64,000 nt of DNA from Octopus sinensis (taxonomy: Eukaryota), in the NCBI RefSeq assembly GCF_006345805.1, contig NW_021829853.1, forward strand, positions 186,001 through 250,000, given 5' to 3'. This document shows positions 56,373 through 64,000 of the stretch, one piece after another. Position 1 is the first letter of the stretch; the number at the start of each line of letters is the position of its first letter. Under the pieces are notes generated by a model. That model was not told the origin of the DNA and searched no databases. It was given only the letters and a program-made list of their open reading frames with translations. Both the position numbers and the translations under genes were made by a program.

Positions 56373-56908
56373 AATGTGTTTCTAAGCATAAGGTCAGAAA
56401 TTTTTTTTTCTTGGAGAAGGGTGTCAGAACTATTTGATTTTATTTGCTCCAATACTTCTGTTAGCCCTGGGGGAATTAACCACAGTGGGATTTGAACTTA
56501 GAATGTAAAGAATCCAAAGAAATACTCCCAAAACATTTCATTCAGTTCTCATTTGATTCTGTCCTGACAATGCTCTTATAATAATGATTTCTTAGTCAAG
56601 TAGTGGGGGGCGGGGGGTAAATTATATCCCCTCGTGCTAGTCTATTTTTTTTATCAACCTTGGAAAAATGGAAGGGGATTTGAAGTTAGAATGTAAATAG
56701 CTGGGATGAATACCACAAGGTATTTTATCTGATCCCCCAACAATCTTGTCAATCTGCTGTCTTTAATGATGATGATGATGATGGTTTCAAATTTTGGCAC
56801 AATGCCTGCAATTTTAGAGAGTGGGTATCAGTTGATTACATCAATCCCATTACTTTCATGGAACATGGTTGTTCAATGATGATGATATTAAAATGTGTGT
56901 ATGTGCAC

Positions 56909-56945
<37 letters not shown>

Positions 56946-57543
56946 AAATATGAATTAGAGATAAAACCACTATTATGCAACTCAAACAATGATAGACATA
57001 AACCAGTACATAAATAACAAATAATATATATAATTAATATAATATGATATATATATATATATATATATTGTATATATATATATTTTTTTTTTTTCAAAAT
57101 GTATAAAATAAATGATAAATATAATATAATAAGTAAAAACACTATGTATGTTTCATAGCTATAATTAAATTTGAATTACAATTAAGTTTAAATTCAATTG
57201 AAATAAATTTGAACTAAAATTATAGTCAATCTTCAGGTTAATGAATATATATATTATATGTGTGTGTGTGTGTGTAAAAATAAGGTTCAAGGTGAAAAAG
57301 CACAGAAATCTTGTTTCTGTAGATGATTATTTAATCCGTACACACAAACATGCTTTTTTTTTTTACATTAATCCAGTGAGAGGTTTTAGGCATTGTTTTA
57401 TTTCGTCTCTTTGATTAACGAGGCTCCGATGTAATAGACGCTCTGTTCAGATTTCTACGTTAATCTGCAAGATGAAGAGAATTACCATAGAGTTCGGTCT
57501 TAGCCATTCATCAGCAAATCTCTAAAACAGACTCTAGATATAT

Positions 57544-57545
<2 letters not shown>

Positions 57546-57581
<36 letters not shown>

Positions 57582-58150
57582 CTCTTCTCTTTGCACTGCT
57601 CTACCCATCCATGTATCTCCTCCTACTCAACCTTTCTTCTCCTCCTTCCCCACTGCCCTTATCCTTTTCTTTCCTGTTACCCTCACACTGTCTATATTAG
57701 TCTTTTCCTCTGCCATGCTCTCTCTTTCTCTCTCTCTTCCTCTCTCTCTCTCTTTCTTTCTTTCTTTCTATCTCTCCCTCCCTCTTTCTCTATCTTTTTC
57801 TCTCTCTCTCTCTTTCTTTCTTTCTCTCTTTCTTTTTTCCCCCATCTCTCTCATCAGTAAATCTGTTGTAACTCCATTAAGAACCGTTTCAATTCCTGAT
57901 GAATCTTTCGATCCCTTCTGGTTTCATAGGTCCCACCTTTTCAGCTCCTCCCTATTACCATGGGGGATAGTATTGCACTCCTTCTGTCTGTCTCTCTCTC
58001 TCTCCCCCCTTCACACAAATCCCTCACATAACTCATTCCCACTCCTTCTCCCTCTGTCTCCTCTACTCCTACCCCAACTCTATTCTCTCTGTTATTCTCA
58101 CCAGTATCATCCCCTTACCCCAACGCTCACCTGTCCCTCATCGATCGGCT
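57546..58150. repeat. (CA)n followed by a CT-rich low-complexity tract
   Basis: Read directly; similar pyrimidine/purine tracts at about 9470-10030 and 16440-16960. Confidence 0.85.
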
Positions 58151-59214
58151 CCCTTTTTTGCTTTGTAAGCTGTAAGGCAACTCCAACAGTGCTGGGGGCC
58201 ACAAAAAACATCCACTACATTCCTTAAATGGTTGGTAATTGATTTAAATAGCAACAATACAGGGTTTAAGGGGACTCTTTAGTCTTGCCGAGGTTAAGGC
58301 AGCCTCTACAGTGTTGGTGCCAACATAAAATGCATTCAGTCCATTCTGTAAAGTGGTTGGTTTTAGGAAGGGCATCTAGCTTTAGAAATCATGGCCAAAA
58401 CGAGAGATTGGAGCAAGGCGGGGTCCTCTGATCCTCAACCCCTTTTGAACCCTCTTACCCAACATGGGCATAGAAAATGAACATGAATTATTACATGCAT
58501 ACATTGTGTGTGTGTGTAAAATATGAACATGTATAATTTTGAATTTACAAAGGGATGAAAAAGTATTTGACACATAAAGTAGTTTTATTCATTTATTTGA
58601 GACCGAAAGGGCTTCTATCTGTCACCCCCCCTCTCTCTCTCTCACACACGATCTGTAGCTTTTTCTCTTAGCTAAATATTGGATTTTGAGAAATTTATTC
58701 TTTACAAGGATTAGACAATTTTTTACCAAATGTTTCTCCCCCACCAAAAAAATGAATGCAAAAGAAAGAAAAGATGAAAACCACTAAAATTTTAGTAATA
58801 GAATTATTTCTTTAAGAATCCCTGTATTTTTGAAGAAGGCAGCTTTTATGGTTAGTCAGTTCTTAAAAAAATGTCTTTATTCCAGAAACTCTTTTTTTTT
58901 TTGTGGCAATATTGATATTTCCATTTTGTAATTCTTTACAAATTCATTGAAAATAAAAGAAAACAAACAACGAACAAAATAAACAATGTACCAAATTTTT
59001 TTAATGAGTTTATGTGTGTGTTTTTTTTTATAATTACACATTTCCTTTTAAAAATAAATTTGTCCTCAAAAATATATTTTATTTCTATATTTAGAAATAC
59101 TTCAGTTTCCTTATTTTTTTTGTTGAATCAATAAAATTCTGTTTTTTTCTTTTGTTGCCTGCTGTATCAGTTATCACACACACACATACACACACCATTA
59201 GCCCAGTGAATGAA

Positions 59215-59875
59215 TTTGGTAGATGGGTGATGGTGCCATGTAAAAAGCACTGTTGCTGGTGCCACATAAAAAGCATTGGTGTTATATTAGGAGCAGTGGT
59301 GCCAGAATAAAATAGTAACCAAAGGGGTCCATAGATAAAAAAAAAATGGTTGAGCCACTGATTTAGGAAAATTAATTCATAGCACCATTTAAGTGCGGTC
59401 AATGTTAGTGCCGCCTGACTGACCCCCGTGCCGGTGACATGTGAAAAGCACCATTTGAGCATGGTTGATGCCAGTGTCACCTGACTGGCCCCTGTGCCAG
59501 TGGAATGTAAAAAGCACCATTTGAGTGTGGTCAATGTCAATGCCACCTGACTGGCCCCTCATACAAGTAGCATATAAAAAGCACCATTCAAGTGTGGGCA
59601 ATGCCAGTGCAGCCTGACTGGCCCCTGTGCCAGTGGCATGTAAAAAGTACCATTTGAGCACGGTTGGTGCCAGTACTGCCTGACTGTCCCCCATGCCGGT
59701 GGCATGTAAAAAGCAGCCACTACACTCTTGGAGTGGTTGGCATTAGGAAGGGCACCCAGCTGTAGAAACCTTGCCAGAACAGATTGGAGCTTGTGCAGCT
59801 TCTTTGCTCACCAGTCCTCAGTCAAACCGTCCAACCCATGCCAGCATGAAAAGTGGATGTTAAACAGTGATGATT
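59215..59875 (+). repeat. Same SINE family with 5-6 tandem 66-bp units
   Basis: The GCACCAT-type motif (last two copies diverged) recurs at 59382, 59448, 59514, 59581, 59647 and 59713 (period 66-67), followed by the common tail. Confidence 0.8.
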
Positions 59876-61494
59876 AGAGTATCAAAATAAATGTTTTGTG
59901 GTGTACGAGTTCAAATCCTGTGAAGGCCAGCTTTGTCTTTCACCGTTCTGGGGTTGATAAATTACCAGTCATGTCTGAAGGTCCTCTAGTATCGATTAAT
60001 CCATCCCCTCAAAGTTACTGTACATGAACGCAAACCAGAACCCGTTATTATTGATTTCCATTATTTCACTAGTTTTGTAACCAAGGTCCAAAGAGAGAAA
60101 TTTTTCAGTGTCAGTATGAAGACAACCACAGGCAAACATGCATGCACGCACACACACACACACCATCATTCAATCTGTACCAAGGTATCACACAGGATTT
60201 TGTCTGGATACTGGAGATGTTATAGGGAAGTAAAATAACGGTGATAATAGAAATAAACTCTACAGAAACTACAAAATAAATTCCGTGTGTGTGTGTTAAT
60301 TTTTGAGTATTGGCATGTAAAAAGCACACTACATTCTCGGAGTGGTTGGTGTTAGGAAGGGCAGGACCTTTTGTGAAGTTCTGCACTCGAGGAGAAGACC
60401 TATGAAGCCAAGTGAAATTGTAGTCGTGGCTGTTGCTGGTGTCCTGTAAATGGCACCTGTGCCGGTGGCACACAAAAAGCACCCATTACACTCTGTGGAG
60501 TGGTTGGCATTAGGAACGGAATTTAGCCATAGAAACTTTGCCAAAATACACCCAACTGGAGCCTGGTGCAGCTCTCTGGCCTTGCCAGCTCCTGTCAATT
60601 TGTTTAATCCATAGCAGCATGGAAAATGAACATTTTTTTTAAAATGATGAGGAATACACACACACCAAAAGTAAAACTCAGCCCTTGATAAGAAATATTG
60701 ACTGAATGCTTCATAAATGAAAGTATCTGGAACTGAAGCAGAGCAACCAGAAGCTCCTTCTTCTCCTCCTCACCACCACCACCACCACCACCAACAACAA
60801 CAACAGCAAGGCTGTGATGATCATCGACCCGAACATTTGTTGTTTTATTACGATTTGATTGGCAAAGTAGCTCAGAAGATGGCTTCATACCATCCACGTG
60901 TGAATCGAATGCATGTTTTATTAAATCTTTCTCAAGATCTTTCTAAGGTTCCAACCAAGCATGGATAAAGTTTATGATTTGCTCTACGTCAGAAGATCAA
61001 ACTCACAAACAGTGACCTCTTTATGTCAGCTAACTAGAATTCTTGGTCAGGAAGGAGATCTTAACAAGCTCTTTAAAGTTACACTTGCTGCTTTTCCCTC
61101 CATGATTTTGCATTAATTACTTATTATTTTATTATTTGTTATTTAAAAAAACATAAAAAAAAAAAAGAATTTTGTATACTTTTTTTAGGTTAAAAAAATG
61201 TTAACAGGTTTTGCTTTCATTCAAGATGTGAAGAGACCAAGGTGTGCATTTAATGTCTCTCTCTCCTATCTATCTATCTTATCTATCTCTATCATGTGTG
61301 TAGTTTGTGTGTGTACAAGGAATATATTTATTCTGCAATACCCGTTTGATTCCTTTCATTTCTAAGTTCATCTCGACATGCTTAGTTTTTGTGCAGGGGT
61401 GTGTATGTATATATATATGTATATGTTTGTTTTATTTTTGCATTTATATAAGTTTAAGCATGTGTGTTTACTTAAATAATAGCAATACTTTCAT

Positions 61495-62760
61495 ATTTCG
61501 GCACAAGGCCAGCAATTTTGGGAAGGCGATAAGTTTACATTGACCCCAGTGCGTAACTGGTGCTTATTTCATTGACTCTGAAAAGATGAACAAAATCAAC
61601 TTCAGCCGAATTTGAACTCAGACAGAATGCCACTAAGTGTTTTAACCAGCGTGCTAACGGTTCTCCTACCTTGACATTAATAATGATAATAACTACTTAA
61701 GTTTTATAGTATAATAATAATAATAAGGGTTTCAGATTTTGCTACAAGGGCCACAATTTTGGGAGAGGGGATTAGTTAATTACATCGACCCCCAGTATTT
61801 CACTGTTACTTAATTTATCCACTTTGAAAGGATGAAAGGTAAAGTCGAACCTGATGGAATTTGATTTCAGAACGTAATGGCAGATGAAATACTGCTAAGC
61901 ATTTCGCCCAGCATGCTGACGTTTCTTATTTCTTTATTGCCCACGTAGAGGAGACAAACAAGGACAGACAAACGGATTAAGTCGATTATATTGATCCTAG
62001 TGTGAAACTGGTACTTATTTAATCGACCCCGAAAGGATGAAAGGCAAAGTTGACTTCAGAATTTGAACTCAGAACATAACGGCAGACGAAATACCGCTTA
62101 GCATTTTGCCCGGTGTGCTAACATTTCTGCCAGCCCGCCGCCTTAACGATTCTGTCAGCTCATCACCTTTATAATAATAATATCCTTTTCTACTACAGAC
62201 ACCAGGTCTGAAATTTGTGGAGAGAGGACCAATTGATTACATCAACCCCAGTATGCACTGGTACTAAATTTATCAACCTGAAAGGATGAAATGCAAAGTC
62301 GATCTTGACAGAATTTGAACTCGGAGCGTAAAGATGGATGAAATATCGCTAAGCATTTTGTCCAACATGCTAACGATTTTGCCAGCTTGCTGCCTTAATG
62401 ATAATTATAATTTTTTCTACTGGAGGCACAAGGCATCAAATTTTCTGGGAGGGGACTAGTTGATTACATCGACCCCAATTCATGTCTGGTACTTATTTAA
62501 TCGACCCCGAAAGGATGAAAGGCAAAGTTGAACTCGGAATTTGAATTCGAAACGTAGCAGCAGATGAAATACTTATTTCTTTATTGCCCACAAGGGGCTA
62601 AACGTAGAAGGGACAGACAAACGGATTAAGTCGATTACATCGAACCCAGTGCATAACTGGTACTTAATTTATCGACCCTGAAAGGATGAAAGGCAAAGTC
62701 GACCTCGGTGGAAGATGAAATACTGCTAAGCATTTTGTCTGGTGTGCTAATGATTTTGCC
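61495..62760 (-). repeat. Cluster of about 6 tandem, co-oriented tRNA-SINE copies
   Basis: Repeated ACCCC(A/G)GT...GAAAGGATGAAAGGCAAAGTCGAC...ATTTGAACTCAGAAC...CTAAGCATTT blocks; dispersed copies at about 575-725, 15570-15955, 30280-30495, 39020-39230, 55600-55780. Confidence 0.8.
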
Positions 62761-64000
62761 ATGTAAGGACAAACACAGGACGGAAAGTATAAAGGGTTTT
62801 GCGAAAAAGAAAAGTCCGTGTAAACATATGATAACAGTGAAAAATATAACAATTAGAAAGAACTCCCAATAGGGGGAGGTGCTTTGAAAGGTTACTCGTG
62901 GAAAAACCTATAAAAGCCATGGGAGCCTGGTCAAACGAGGAGAGAGCCCTTTCAACTTTTATATTCCATTTTTTTTTTTTTACTGGTGTAACCTCAGAAT
63001 TGGTCTGTTCACCCAACTTTCAATAAATTTTAATAATAATAATGGTTTCTAATTTTGGCACAAGGCCAGCAGCTGTGCAGGGAGGGGGTTGGTCAGTCCT
63101 ATTGACCCTAGTTTTTATGAAGGCGGGTGAGGGAAAATGGTGGGGACATCAACCCTTTTGGGATTCACATTACTCTGTCAAATGTAATGCTGCTTTCTTC
63201 ATATTGCTTAGAATAAATCCTGCATTATCTTGTAGCTTTGAGGCTGGCATGGGCTGGACGGTTTGACTGAGGACTGGCAAGCCAGCAGGCTGTACCATGC
63301 TCCAATCTGATCTGGCAATGTTTCTACAACTGGATGCCCTTCCTAACGCCAACCACTCTGAGAGAGTATTGGGTGCTTTTTACGTGCCAGTGGCACAAGA
63401 GCCAGTCAGGTGCCACTGGCATTGACCATGCTCGAATAGTGCTTTGTACATGCCACCAACACAGGGAGCCAGTCAGATGGCACTGGAATTGACCATGCTT
63501 GAATGGTGCTTTTTATGTGCTACCAGCACAGGAGCCAGTCAGGCAGCACTGAATGGGGCCAATTTCAATGTTAAAAGGGCTAAATGGTTTGTGATAATTT
63601 GTAAAAAAAACCTTTTCATTTCAGTTTCAAATCCTGCCAACATCAATTTTGCTTTTTATCCTCCATATGAAGTACTGGATCAGTTTCACCAACATCTCTT
63701 TCTCTCTCTCCCTCTTCTAAACTTTGTGGATGTGTCTCATTAGTATAAATCAATATTCATCACCACCAGCATCATCATCATCATCTTCCTCCTCATTTGT
63801 CTGCTTTCCTTGCTCTCATGGGTTGGATGCTTTGACAAGGAACAGCAAGCTGCAGGGCTGTGTTGAGCTCTGGTGTTGTTAATCTCATTTTAAAAATGGC
63901 TAAGATGGCATAGTTACAATATTGGAAGAAATCAATTACATTATTTAGTTTGTTCCTCATGGTTTTGAGTTCAAATCTTCACAGGGTTACCTGTGTGTGA

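Noticed and set aside
57390-57452. Hammerhead-like spacing on the minus strand (CTGAACA...GAAAT)
   Set aside because: Core mismatched and no helix I or III
59375-59715. Regular 66-bp periodicity resembling a CRISPR array
   Set aside because: Whole units are homologous with no unique spacers, it is embedded in a SINE, and the context is eukaryotic with no cas genes
60717-60968. ORF with His7-Gln6 tract (MKVSGTEAEQ...) as a small gene or FGFR1OP exon 11
   Set aside because: The tract is a (CAC)n(CAA)n microsatellite; no good acceptor in the required phase and no recognisable homology

Overview
AT-rich, repeat-dense eukaryotic DNA, most likely Octopus (inferred from the SINE and repeat families; not verifiable here). 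Two spliced genes sit head-to-head about 1 kb apart. (1) Minus strand: an importin-alpha gene of the KPNA2/Pendulin type, with 8 coding exons from 7292 down to 1288; the 3' exons lie beyond the window start. (2) Plus strand: FGFR1OP/CEP43, with 10 phase-consistent coding exons from 8513 to 53463 (340 codons); it probably continues past the window end. Unlike vertebrate CEP43 as I know it, the deduced protein has a degenerate EF-hand pair after the LisH region. The intergenic region holds two CCAAT boxes 33 bp apart plus CHR-like hexamers (KPNA2 side), GC-box/ETS/NRF1-like motifs (CEP43 side) and a CpG-rich MITE with 80-bp terminal inverted repeats. Two RFX X-box-like sites lie in CEP43 intron 1. 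The introns are full of tRNA-derived SINEs, RTE/CR1 LINE remnants, mariner/hAT/piggyBac-like MITEs, a Helitron remnant and foldback elements. The most striking unannotated signal is a set of hammerhead ribozyme motifs. A SINE with a tRNA-like head and a minimal Penelope-type hammerhead occurs 7 times in CEP43 intron 8: three head-to-head pairs plus one intact solo copy. A second, unrelated, near-intact hammerhead lies at 19157-19248, and there are further decayed cores, including one at the apex of a foldback family.
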